From Gemmatimonadota bacterium (GTDB lineage Bacteria; Latescibacterota; UBA2968; UBA8231), in assembly GCA_038128265.1 (NCBI GenBank), contig JAYPJE010000002.1:95669-156360 (forward strand): a DNA stretch of 60,692 nt, written 5' to 3'. Below the pieces are notes generated by a model. The model did not search any database. It was not told the DNA's origin and saw only the letters and a program-made list of their open reading frames with translations. A program made the translations under genes and the position numbers. This document shows, piece after piece, positions 36,846 to 45,626 of the stretch; the first letter of the stretch is position 1, and each line of letters opens with the position of its first letter.

Positions 36846-37709
36846 ATGGAACGTAGCTGGCATTCTTTACATATCCGTTTACCGATCGCTTTCGTCGATA
36901 CCATTAGCGCGCTGTGCTTTGATATGGGCAGCTGTGGAACGGAAGTCGACGAAGCGGGAGAACGGGCGCTGATTAAAGCCTATTTTCCCGCCGACTGCGC
37001 CGTCGGTGCAATCGAAGCCGAGCTCTGCTCGTTGGCAGAGACGATGGGTGTAGGGGAAATGGCGATAGAGCGCGCCGAGGTCGAAGAAGCCGATTGGGAA
37101 GCGGAATGGCGGCGCTTTTTTCGCCCCGTCTGGGCTACGCCCAACGTCGTTGTTCATCCCTCGTGGATACCCGTCGACGCTGGCGATGCGCTGGCGATTA
37201 CCATCGATCCAAACATGGCCTTTGGTACGGGCGGGCACGAATCGACTCAGCTGTGCCTGCAGGCATTGGAGGGTCGAATAAAGGCGGGGATGTGCTGCCT
37301 CGATTTGGGTACCGGCAGCGGTGTGCTGTCCATTGCGGCGGCACAGTGGGGGGCCGAGCGGGTCCTAGCGCTGGACGTCGATCCGGCCGCAGTGAAAAAC
37401 GCGCGAGAGAATGCGCAGCTCAACGGCGTCTCGTCCGCGTGCCTCGAAGTGCGGGTAGGCCGCATCGGTGACTGCGGCGAATCGGCCCCGTACGACTTGA
37501 TCGTCGCCAATATACAGAGCCATGTTTTGCTGCCCATACTTGCGGATGTGCGCGACCGCACGGTCCCCGGAGGCACGGTTATCTTCTCCGGGCTATTGGC
37601 CCGCGAGCGCGCGGCGTTCTGCGCGGGCGTAGGAGAGGCCGGTTTTGCCTTAGAAGAGGTCTTGGGCAAGAACGAGTGGATCTGCGTCGTCGCACACCGG
37701 ACAATATAG
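36846..37709 (+). CDS. prmA: ribosomal protein L11 methyltransferase
   Basis: DW...W...F.P, IDP.MAFGTG.HE.T.LC, LDLGTGSGVL.I, YDLIVANI. Confidence 0.95.
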   Translation: MERSWHSLHIRLPIAFVDTISALCFDMGSCGTEVDEAGERALIKAYFPADCAVGAIEAELCSLAETMGVGEMAIERAEVEEADWEAEWRRFFRPVWATPNVVVHPSWIPVDAGDALAITIDPNMAFGTGGHESTQLCLQALEGRIKAGMCCLDLGTGSGVLSIAAAQWGAERVLALDVDPAAVKNARENAQLNGVSSACLEVRVGRIGDCGESAPYDLIVANIQSHVLLPILADVRDRTVPGGTVIFSGLLARERAAFCAGVGEAGFALEEVLGKNEWICVVAHRTI

Positions 37710-38470
37710 TGGCGGCTTTTTGGGTAGATGGGAGCGACGTTGCCGACGAGCAGCTCGTTTTGCGCGGTGAAGAAGCGCACCACGTGCACAAGGTCCGTCG
37801 CCAGCAGGTTGGAGATACAATCGACGCGATCGATGGCGAAGGGCATTGGTACAGGGCGCGGTTGGTTGAGATTGGGCGCGATCGAGTCATCGCCGATATC
37901 GTCGAGCGCGGCGTTGATACGGGCGAAAGCGCCGTGCGCTTTGTGCTAGCACCTGCTCTGCTCAAAGGGCAGCGCTTTGACTTTGTCGTGGAAAAGGCCA
38001 CGGAGCTGGGCGTTGCCGCGATTTGGCCTACGCTGAGCGAGCGTGGCGTTGCGCGCGCCGGTTCGGATGCCAAGGTCGAACGGTGGCAGCGTCTGGCACG
38101 GGCGGCGGTAAAACAGTGCGGGCGGAGCCGCCTGCCCGAGCTGGCCCCGCCCCATGCATTTAGCGCCGTCGTCGAACGGCTCGTCGAGTGCTGTGACGCT
38201 GTTTTTATGGGTGCGTTGAGCGAGCGAGATGCGCTGTGCGGGGATGTCGTCGGCGAGGGAGCGGTTTCGTCCGCCGGCCTGTTGGTCGGTCCCGAAGGCG
38301 GGTTCTCTCCCGGTGAGATTGCCCTTGCCCAAGACTTGGGCGTGCGGGTTTTTTGCTGGGGTGAGCGCGTGCTGCGTGCCGACACCGCCAGCATTGTGCT
38401 ATCGGGTTTGTTGTTGAGCGCCTGTGCGCGCAGTAATCACACGAGTGGAAAGGCGATCTATGGGGACTAG
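37709..38470 (+). CDS. rsmE: 16S rRNA m3U1498 methyltransferase
   Basis: [39 protein letters not shown]. Confidence 0.93.
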   Translation: MAAFWVDGSDVADEQLVLRGEEAHHVHKVRRQQVGDTIDAIDGEGHWYRARLVEIGRDRVIADIVERGVDTGESAVRFVLAPALLKGQRFDFVVEKATELGVAAIWPTLSERGVARAGSDAKVERWQRLARAAVKQCGRSRLPELAPPHAFSAVVERLVECCDAVFMGALSERDALCGDVVGEGAVSSAGLLVGPEGGFSPGEIALAQDLGVRVFCWGERVLRADTASIVLSGLLLSACARSNHTSGKAIYGD

Positions 38471-38912
38471 CATTTTGGTGCTACACGGTCCAAACCTCAA
38501 TTTGCTGGGCGTTCGAGAGCCCGACGTATACGGGCGGGAAACGCTGGCCGATGTCGACCGACTCGTGTGCGCAGAAGGCGAGTCGCTTGGAGTTAGCGTG
38601 CACTGCTTTCAGTCGAACATCGAAGGTGAGCTAGTCAATGCCCTGCACGCAGCGCGCGAACGCGATGCCGGCGTCGTTATCAATCCCGGTGCATTGACCC
38701 ATTATAGCATTGCGCTGCGGGATGCCGTGGCCGGCATTGGTCTGCCCTGTGTTGAAGTGCACCTTTCCAACGTGCACGCGCGGGAGGCGTTTCGTCACCA
38801 CTCTGTTCTCGCTCCAGTTTGCCTGGGCCAGATTGCCGGTTTCTCGCTGCATAGCTACGTACTGGGTCTGCGCGCTCTGGTGCATTATCTGAACGAGAAA
38901 AATCGTGCTTAA
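38460..38912 (+). CDS. aroQ: type II 3-dehydroquinate dehydratase
   Basis: [45 protein letters not shown]...RE.FRH.S. Confidence 0.97.
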   Translation: MGTSILVLHGPNLNLLGVREPDVYGRETLADVDRLVCAEGESLGVSVHCFQSNIEGELVNALHAARERDAGVVINPGALTHYSIALRDAVAGIGLPCVEVHLSNVHAREAFRHHSVLAPVCLGQIAGFSLHSYVLGLRALVHYLNEKNRA

Positions 38913-40248
38913 ACTCGCGTCTATCGCCCTTGCGGCGTGGCTGGCATCGCCCCTGTGGGCCGGGCCAACTCTGCGCGTTAACCGTCCACAGGTCAATATA
39001 CGGGCCGATGCGACGGTGCAGTCTGCGCGCATCGCCGTACTGAGCAACGGCGAGCGCGTGGAAAAGGTCGAAGACAAGGACGAATGGAATCAGGTGCGTC
39101 TGGCCGATGGCCGGTTGGGGTGGCTGCACGGCGACCTGGTACAGGAACTGTGGACAGTTACGGGAGAGAAGGTGCGCGTGCGGGCTTCGGGATCTACCGC
39201 GGCGGCCACGGTGGGCCTGGTTGAGCGCGGCAGCGAACTCGCCGTGTTGGACAAGCGGGGCAACTGGTTTGAAGTCGACCTGCCCGATGGCCAACGAGGG
39301 TGGATTTGGCGCGAGCTTATCGAGCCGCTGCAGATGACTGCCGAAGTCGCTTTGCCGCCCGCCGTAGACGAGCCGGCCGTTGCACAGGTAGTGGCCGTCG
39401 AAACGGTTGAATCGGTCGATGACGTAGAAGATGAGGAGGAATCGCTGCCTGAGGGGAGCATTCTCAACCCCTATGCCGAAGGACTGCAGCGGGAAGCGGA
39501 AGGTGACTTCCGCCAAGCATTGGAGCATTTCGAGACTGTTCTGAGCGAAGACCCCAACCATCTGCGCGCCCTGCTACACGCAGCGCGCGCCCATCGCGAG
39601 CTGGGTCAATTTGACGCCGCACTGGCCAAGCTCTACCGGGCTGCCGAGGCCGGCGAAGGCCGGCGTGAAATGGCGGATTTGTACCGAGCGATAGGCCAGG
39701 CCGACAGCGCCGCAAAATACAGTGCGCTGGCGCGCGGAGAGGTTTGGCAAGAGGAGCCCGAGGCAGAGCGCACCCCATCGTTTACGGCGGGTGATGTGAA
39801 AGACTGGTGGATCTATGCCGCCGCAGGTGGAGTCGGCCTGTGCGTGCTAATCGCAGTCCTTTTCCTATTGACGCGTCGCAAAAAGAGTGCGCCGGTGACC
39901 GAGCCGACGCCCCGCACCAAATTTGCGCGCGCGATGGAGCAGGCCCGTCCGCAAAATCTACCCGAGGGCGGGGGCGAAGAGCGAGAACTAGAGCGCCAGA
40001 TAGAGGAAAAAAGGGAGGCGCTGCGCGACAGCGCGCGCGCCTTTATAGGCGAGGGAAATGGGGGCGTTGGCGCCGATGAGGACGCCCTCTTAGACGGACT
40101 GCTAACGCAGCTGGAAGGGCTGCGCAAGGCGCTGGACGCCCAAGACGAGCGCGCGCGAATCTACGCCGAGCTCGTGCGGTTGCAGAATGCCAAAATCGAG
40201 ACGATGGAACGAGAGCTACAGCTGCTGCGCCGACGCCGTAGGGGCTAG
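38905..40248 (+). CDS. membrane protein: signal peptide, 2x bacterial SH3, TPR, TM helix, cytoplasmic coiled coil
   Basis: Two 'V.[IV]RA.....W..V.L.DG..GW' repeats, TPR-like helices, hydrophobic segment followed by RRKK. Confidence 0.72.
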   Translation: MLKLASIALAAWLASPLWAGPTLRVNRPQVNIRADATVQSARIAVLSNGERVEKVEDKDEWNQVRLADGRLGWLHGDLVQELWTVTGEKVRVRASGSTAAATVGLVERGSELAVLDKRGNWFEVDLPDGQRGWIWRELIEPLQMTAEVALPPAVDEPAVAQVVAVETVESVDDVEDEEESLPEGSILNPYAEGLQREAEGDFRQALEHFETVLSEDPNHLRALLHAARAHRELGQFDAALAKLYRAAEAGEGRREMADLYRAIGQADSAAKYSALARGEVWQEEPEAERTPSFTAGDVKDWWIYAAAGGVGLCVLIAVLFLLTRRKKSAPVTEPTPRTKFARAMEQARPQNLPEGGGEERELERQIEEKREALRDSARAFIGEGNGGVGADEDALLDGLLTQLEGLRKALDAQDERARIYAELVRLQNAKIETMERELQLLRRRRRG

Positions 40249-40820
40249 AAGTTGTAGGTTACGCGAAGAAGCGGATCGCCGTCGCTGCTGGCGCCCAATT
40301 CGGGAAAGACGCGCCGCGTCGCCTTGCGCGGGATGAGCGAAACGCCAAAGCTGCCAGCGGATAGGACAGCAGTTGACCAGCCGTAGAGACGCGCGCGCGA
40401 GGCCTTGTCTTCGAGCTTCTGTGCGCGCGAGAGCTGCTGGTGTTCCCGGTTTAGTTCGGCTTCTTGTTCGTTGTCCGATGCGCGGTCAAACTGAAGCCAG
40501 GAGAGCAGGCCAAAGGCCACGGCGCCGCCCATAAAGCTGATATAGGGGAATTCGGTTATCGTGATGGTTTTTGCCCCGCCTCCGAGCGACTCCAGCGTGA
40601 CTATTTTGTCGATTTCGGTGCGCTCGAAGGTGAAGATTTTTTCTTCTACGCGCATGATGACAAGCTCGGAGCCTTTCTCGACTAAATTGCCTTCGACTAG
40701 CGTGCCATCGTCCAGGTAGATGCGCGTATCGGCGCGTTCGGGACTGGCTGTTTGGGCGACCGTCGGCAGGGCGGTTAGCAAGAGGGCGAGCAGGCTGCAA
40801 TAGGCTATTGTGCGCATCAT
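40245..40820 (-). CDS. hypothetical exported/membrane protein
   Basis: SD AGGAG, signal peptide, 'IYLDDGTLVEG' beta-domain, two hydrophobic segments, terminal YNF. Confidence 0.65.
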   Translation of the reverse strand: MMRTIAYCSLLALLLTALPTVAQTASPERADTRIYLDDGTLVEGNLVEKGSELVIMRVEEKIFTFERTEIDKIVTLESLGGGAKTITITEFPYISFMGGAVAFGLLSWLQFDRASDNEQEAELNREHQQLSRAQKLEDKASRARLYGWSTAVLSAGSFGVSLIPRKATRRVFPELGASSDGDPLLRVTYNF

Positions 40821-40882
40821 AATTTCGACTCCTACAGAGAGCGTTCGGCTTTTCTAGCCGAAATATACGAGGCAGATACCCC

Positions 40883-42208
40883 GTGTCAATAGATGAGACT
40901 TCCGGCCAGCCGTCGCGTTCCCCTTCTTTTGCCAATATGACAGTTGATGCTCTGCGGGCGCTCTCTGCGGATTGGCCCGAAGAGGCGCCCGAATGGGCCC
41001 TATTGGAGCGCGACGAGCGGGTGGGCGTGCGACGTCTGGCCGTTCAGGCGCGGAAGCGCTGGGCGCGCCAGCGGGCCGAACGGGCTCGCCGCGCAGAATT
41101 ATTGCAGTTTGAGCAACGCCTGTGGGGACGCGGTGTAGAGTGGGTCGCCGGAGTGGATGAGGCCGGGCGTGGCTGTTTGGCCGGCCCGGTGGTCGCGGCG
41201 GCGGTGATCCTGCCACCCGATGCCGAATTGCCGGGACTGGACGATTCAAAAAAGCTATCGCCGCGTCGCCGCGAAGGGCTCTTTGATGCAATCCGCGCAC
41301 AGGCCCTCGCCGCGAGTATTGCCCAGGTCGACGCCGAGGAAATCGACCGTCTCAATATTCTGCAGGCCTCTCTCAAGGCAATGCGCGAGGCGCTCAATAC
41401 GCTGCAGACAGCCCCCCAACACGTGCTTGTCGACGGCCACGTGCGCCCGGGGAGTGCATTTGAGGAAACGGCCCTGGTCGACGGCGATGCGCGCTCTCTT
41501 TCCATTGCAGCTGCTTCGGTGCTGGCCAAAGTGCATCGAGATCGCCTGATGGTTGAATGCGATACGCACTACCCGGAATACGGCTTTGCCGGTCACAAAG
41601 GCTACGGAAGTCCGGATCATATGGCCGCGCTGCGCACCCACGGCCCCTGTCCGCTGCACCGGCGTAGTTTTGCTCCCGTAGCCGAGCTTGTGCAGCCTCC
41701 GCGGTCGGCTGCCTACGCCAGCTTTGTAGAGGGAATTGGGCAGGCCGAATCGCTGGGTGAATTGGAGCGCATGGCCCATTTCATAAAGGAAGCCGGCGAC
41801 GCGTTGGTAGACGACGAACTGCGCGCTCTGCGCAAGGAGTACCGCGCGCGCTTGGCCCAGCTACAGGATATTGGGCGCAGGGGCGAAACGCGTGCGGAGC
41901 GCTATTTGGTAGAGGCCGGCTACGAAGTGCTCGAGAGGCGCTATCGGGGGGGCGGCGGCGAGGTCGATCTGATTGTCCGCAAGGGCGACGAGTGTGTGTT
42001 TGTGGAAGTGAAAGCGAGCACGCAGGCAGAAGAAGGCTACAAACCCGAGCAGCGGGTTGATCGTGCCAAACGCCAGCGGCTCGTCGGCGCAGCTCGACAG
42101 TATGTCCGCGAGAAATCGACTCAGGCGACGTATCGCTTTGACGTCGTTGTGGTGACGCTGGGCGGCGAGGAGTCCGTGGAGCACTGGCCCGACGCATTCC
42201 GACCTTAG
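40883..42208 (+). CDS. rnhB: ribonuclease HII fused to a YraN (UPF0102) endonuclease-like domain
   Basis: AGVDEAGRG.LAGPVVAAAV, DSKKL, SIAAASVLAKV.RD, HKGYG, then G..GE..A..YL...GY, GEVDLI, FVEVK, RFDVV in one frame. Start 40883 or 40937. Confidence 0.92.
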   Translation: MSIDETSGQPSRSPSFANMTVDALRALSADWPEEAPEWALLERDERVGVRRLAVQARKRWARQRAERARRAELLQFEQRLWGRGVEWVAGVDEAGRGCLAGPVVAAAVILPPDAELPGLDDSKKLSPRRREGLFDAIRAQALAASIAQVDAEEIDRLNILQASLKAMREALNTLQTAPQHVLVDGHVRPGSAFEETALVDGDARSLSIAAASVLAKVHRDRLMVECDTHYPEYGFAGHKGYGSPDHMAALRTHGPCPLHRRSFAPVAELVQPPRSAAYASFVEGIGQAESLGELERMAHFIKEAGDALVDDELRALRKEYRARLAQLQDIGRRGETRAERYLVEAGYEVLERRYRGGGGEVDLIVRKGDECVFVEVKASTQAEEGYKPEQRVDRAKRQRLVGAARQYVREKSTQATYRFDVVVVTLGGEESVEHWPDAFRP

Positions 42209-43881
42209 CGCATGGCCTTGAGCTCTTCCAGCGTTAGAGGGATATGGGGCAGTGGCCAGCCGCGTTGGCGCAGGCGCCTAGCTATCCCGGTAGCCGTTGG
42301 TGGTAATAGCTGACTCAGCTCGGTGAGGCTCTCGTCCGCTAACACGCTGCGCGTCGTTCCCTGCAGCACGACGCGGCCCCGGCACAGGGCGGTCGTGTAG
42401 TCCGCCAACTCGGCGACGAGGTCCATGTCGTGTGCGATCAGCACAATGGCCTTTCCTGTGCTGGCCAGTTGCACGAGCAGTGCGCACAGGCTGCGTGTTG
42501 AAGCGGGGTCGAGGCCGGCGGTTGGCTCATCGAGCACGAGCACATCTGGGTCCATTGCCAAAACGCCGGCTAGGGCGACGCGACGCTTTTCCCCGCCGCT
42601 GAGTTCCATGGGTGCGCGCGTGCCAAAGGTCTCAATAGGTAGGTTTACCCAGTCCATGGCCTGCTCTACGAGTGCGGCGATGCGCTGTTCGGAATACCCC
42701 ATATTGCGCGGCCCAAAGGATACGTCTTCCGCCACGCTGTCGGCAAAGAGCTGGAGTTCGGGAAACTGGAAAACGAGGCCTACGCGACGGCGGGTTTCGA
42801 GCAGAGGTTGTTTCCAGATATCGCGTTCGTCGAGCAGCACTCGTCCGCTCCGCGGTTTGAGCAGGGCATTCACGTGCTGAGCGAGAGTCGTTTTCCCCGA
42901 TCCACTCGCGCCCACTAGCGCGTGAATCGTGCCGCCGGTAAAACGGACATCTACTTCGTGCAGGCTTGGCTGCGGTTGTGCGGTTTGGGCCTCGTAGGTA
43001 TGCGATAGGGCTTCGACGCATACTTGGGCGGCCGCCGGTATGCTGGGTTTATCCGGCTTGCTCATGGGAGGGGCCGTCGGCCTTGCGGTGGCCTTCCACG
43101 TCTCGACGACGTGATCTAACGTGCAGCCGATGGCGGCTGTAGGGTCGTCGGCGAAAAGCCGGCGAGCAAAGGGGGCTTCCAAGCCGGCCGCGCGCAGAGC
43201 CTCGACGTCGGCATAAACCGCGTCGGGCGGTCCGTCGAGCAATACGCGGCCATCGCGCAGGGCAATTATGCGCGCCGCGCTTGCGGCTTCGTCGGGCAAC
43301 TGGGTGATGAGAATGGTCGCGATGCCGTGCACCTCGCGCAGCGATTGCAGCAGTTCAATCACCTGCAGGCGGTGCTGGGGGTCGAGTAGGGCAGTCGGCT
43401 CGTCGAGTACCAGATAGCGCGGCTGCATCGCGCTGGCCGCAGCAATGGCAAGGCGCTGCTTTTCTCCTCCAGACAGGCGATTGGGCGCACTGTGGCGGTG
43501 TGCAAGCAGGTCAAAGTCGCCGAGCGCGCGTTCGATGCGTGCGTGCATTTCCCCGCGGGAAAGCGACAGATTTTCCAGGCCGAAGGCCAGTTCGCTTTCC
43601 ACGGTGGTGGCGACTAGCTGGTCGTCGGGATTTTGAAATACCATGCCGACCGTGCGGCGTATGGTCGGCAGCTGGTCTCGGTTGGCCGTGGCGATACCGT
43701 CTATGCATACCGAGCCAGATTGTGGGGTTATAAGTCCGTTTAAACAGCGCGCCAGCGTCGTTTTGCCGGAGCCGTTGGCACCGATAATGGCCACGGACTC
43801 ACCGGGGTGAATCTGCAGATTGACGTCCTGTAGAACGGGGGTGTCGCCGAAGTGAAATCGCACGTCGCATAGGTCGATCAT
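42205..43881 (-). CDS. ECF transporter ATPase with two fused NBDs (EcfA1-EcfA2)
   Basis: GANGSGKTT/VFQNPDDQ/LSGGEKQR/DEPTALLDP and GASGSGKTT/VFQFPE.QLF/LSGGEKRR/DEPTAGLDP. Confidence 0.92.
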   Translation of the reverse strand: MIDLCDVRFHFGDTPVLQDVNLQIHPGESVAIIGANGSGKTTLARCLNGLITPQSGSVCIDGIATANRDQLPTIRRTVGMVFQNPDDQLVATTVESELAFGLENLSLSRGEMHARIERALGDFDLLAHRHSAPNRLSGGEKQRLAIAAASAMQPRYLVLDEPTALLDPQHRLQVIELLQSLREVHGIATILITQLPDEAASAARIIALRDGRVLLDGPPDAVYADVEALRAAGLEAPFARRLFADDPTAAIGCTLDHVVETWKATARPTAPPMSKPDKPSIPAAAQVCVEALSHTYEAQTAQPQPSLHEVDVRFTGGTIHALVGASGSGKTTLAQHVNALLKPRSGRVLLDERDIWKQPLLETRRRVGLVFQFPELQLFADSVAEDVSFGPRNMGYSEQRIAALVEQAMDWVNLPIETFGTRAPMELSGGEKRRVALAGVLAMDPDVLVLDEPTAGLDPASTRSLCALLVQLASTGKAIVLIAHDMDLVAELADYTTALCRGRVVLQGTTRSVLADESLTELSQLLPPTATGIARRLRQRGWPLPHIPLTLEELKAMR

Positions 43882-44008
43882 GGCGTGGGAAGGATAGAGC
43901 GTTGGTAGGGGTAAGTCAAGGTGCCTTTGGTTGACATTGGGAGGGTTGTTGGTTTATTTAGGGCAAAGAGTTAACACACTTTGGCTATGGCGCTCCGCAG
44001 TGCGCACT

Positions 44009-44041
44009 GCTCCGCACCTACTGGCGGAGCTTTTGTTTTTT
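44009..44041 (+). terminator. terminator-like hairpin in the 5' leader of the hydrolase-fold gene
   Basis: GCTCCGC-ACCTACTG-GCGGAGC followed by TTTTGTTTTTT, downstream of TTGACA (43931) and upstream of the SD. Confidence 0.65.
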
Positions 44042-44065
44042 ACCCGTCGGGCCGACGAGGAGTTA

Positions 44066-44914
44066 ATGATGAAGAAAATCCTGCATATATGGCTGCTCGG
44101 CTGTGCGTTAGCTCTGGCGGGATGCGGCGATTCAGAAGACTACGGCGTCGATATCACCGGTCCAGAAGTCAGCACGGGCCCCGGCCGCGTTTATCCCATA
44201 AGCGAGGTGGGTTTTCTCTCCGACGACGGCGTGCCGATCAGTGCGCTCTATGGTATACAGGCCACAGCCGAGCGACTGCCGGTCGTTATTCTCTTGCACG
44301 ATTTGGGCGGTGCCAAAGAGGAGTGGCTGTCGACGACCGATCTCTTTATCGAACTGCTCGAGCGCGGCTATGCCGTCGTGGCGATTGATATGCGCGGGCA
44401 CGGTCAGACGCCGCTGCCCGACAGTCGACAGGTGCTGCTGGTCGAGGACTTGGAAAACAGCTTTATCGACGTGCTCGCTACGCTCCGTTGGCTGTTGGAG
44501 CAGAGCCAGGTCGATAATCGCATTGATCTCAATCGCATCGGCGTAATTGGCAACGGATCTGGTGGCAACGTCGCCTTTGTGAGTTCGGGTGTCTTCCCCC
44601 AGCAGATCAAGACCAGTGTGTCGCTATCTGCCGGTCTCTGGGAAGCATCTTCGCTCGCTCCACTGGTCATCGGCAACGGCATCGCACCGTTTGGTCCTCG
44701 CTCTATGCTGTTCCTTGTTGGCGGTAGAGATGCTCTGCAGGGTGGGGATATCGTGCTGAGCTACGCGGAGTTTGCCCGCAGTTTGGCCGAGGCCACCGCG
44801 GAGCCAAAATCGCTGCGCATTTTTCAGAACTCTTCGGCCCACGGCATTGACCTTATCAACGAAGTGCCCGAGGCCAAGGACCTGCTCTTTCTCTGGTTGG
44901 AGAACAACCTCTAA
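44066..44914 (+). CDS. alpha/beta-hydrolase-fold lipoprotein
   Basis: SD GAGGAG, lipobox LAGC, VILLH, GYAVVAIDMRGHGQ, elbow IGNGSGG, D in GGRD and H in SAHG. Confidence 0.82.
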   Translation: MMKKILHIWLLGCALALAGCGDSEDYGVDITGPEVSTGPGRVYPISEVGFLSDDGVPISALYGIQATAERLPVVILLHDLGGAKEEWLSTTDLFIELLERGYAVVAIDMRGHGQTPLPDSRQVLLVEDLENSFIDVLATLRWLLEQSQVDNRIDLNRIGVIGNGSGGNVAFVSSGVFPQQIKTSVSLSAGLWEASSLAPLVIGNGIAPFGPRSMLFLVGGRDALQGGDIVLSYAEFARSLAEATAEPKSLRIFQNSSAHGIDLINEVPEAKDLLFLWLENNL

Positions 44915-44933
44915 GTAGTGCAGGGCGGCGTGC

Positions 44934-45626
44934 ATGGCAGACGCTCTCTCGATCTCCGTTATTATCCCGGCTTTCAACGAAGAGCGCGCCATTGGCAAGG
45001 TCCTCGACGAGATCCCCTCGTCTATTGCTGAAATCATCGTAGTCGACAACGGTTCCACCGATGGAACCGCCGCCGTTGCACAGGCGCGCGGCGCGACGGT
45101 AGTGCGCGAGCCCATCAAAGGCTACGGACGCGCCTGTCTGCGCGGCATAGCCGCCCTCCAAGACCCCGATATCGTCGTTTTTCTCGACGGCGACTACAGC
45201 GATTTCCCCGGTGAGATGCCTTCCCTCTACGAACCCATTGCCGCAGGGGACGCCGACCTCGTTATCGGTTCGCGCGTGCTGGGGGAGCGGGAACGCGGTG
45301 CCCTGCTGCCGCAGGCGCGCTTTGGCAATTGGCTGGCAACGCGGCTGATTCGCTGGCTGTTTGGCGTGTCCTTTACCGATCTAGGTCCGTTCAGGGCGAT
45401 CGGCTGCGGGGCGCTGCGGCGTTTGAATATGCGCGACTGCGACTTTGGTTGGACGGTGGAGATGCAGGTAAAGGCCGCGCGCATTGGCCTGCGCTGTGCC
45501 GAAGTGCCTGTGCGCTATCGAAAGCGCATCGGAACCTCCAAAATCAGCGGCACCGTGAGTGGTTCGCTGCGTGCCGGGCACAAAATTCTCTGGACTATTT
45601 TCCGCTACCTTCGCTATGGTGAGTAA
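44934..45626 (+). CDS. GT2 polyprenyl-phosphate glycosyltransferase (DPM1-like)
   Basis: SVIIPAFNEE, VVDNGSTDGT, GYG.AC, VFLDGD.SD, DLVIGSR, FTDLGPFRAI, EVPV.YR.RIG.SK. Confidence 0.92.
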   Translation: MADALSISVIIPAFNEERAIGKVLDEIPSSIAEIIVVDNGSTDGTAAVAQARGATVVREPIKGYGRACLRGIAALQDPDIVVFLDGDYSDFPGEMPSLYEPIAAGDADLVIGSRVLGERERGALLPQARFGNWLATRLIRWLFGVSFTDLGPFRAIGCGALRRLNMRDCDFGWTVEMQVKAARIGLRCAEVPVRYRKRIGTSKISGTVSGSLRAGHKILWTIFRYLRYGE

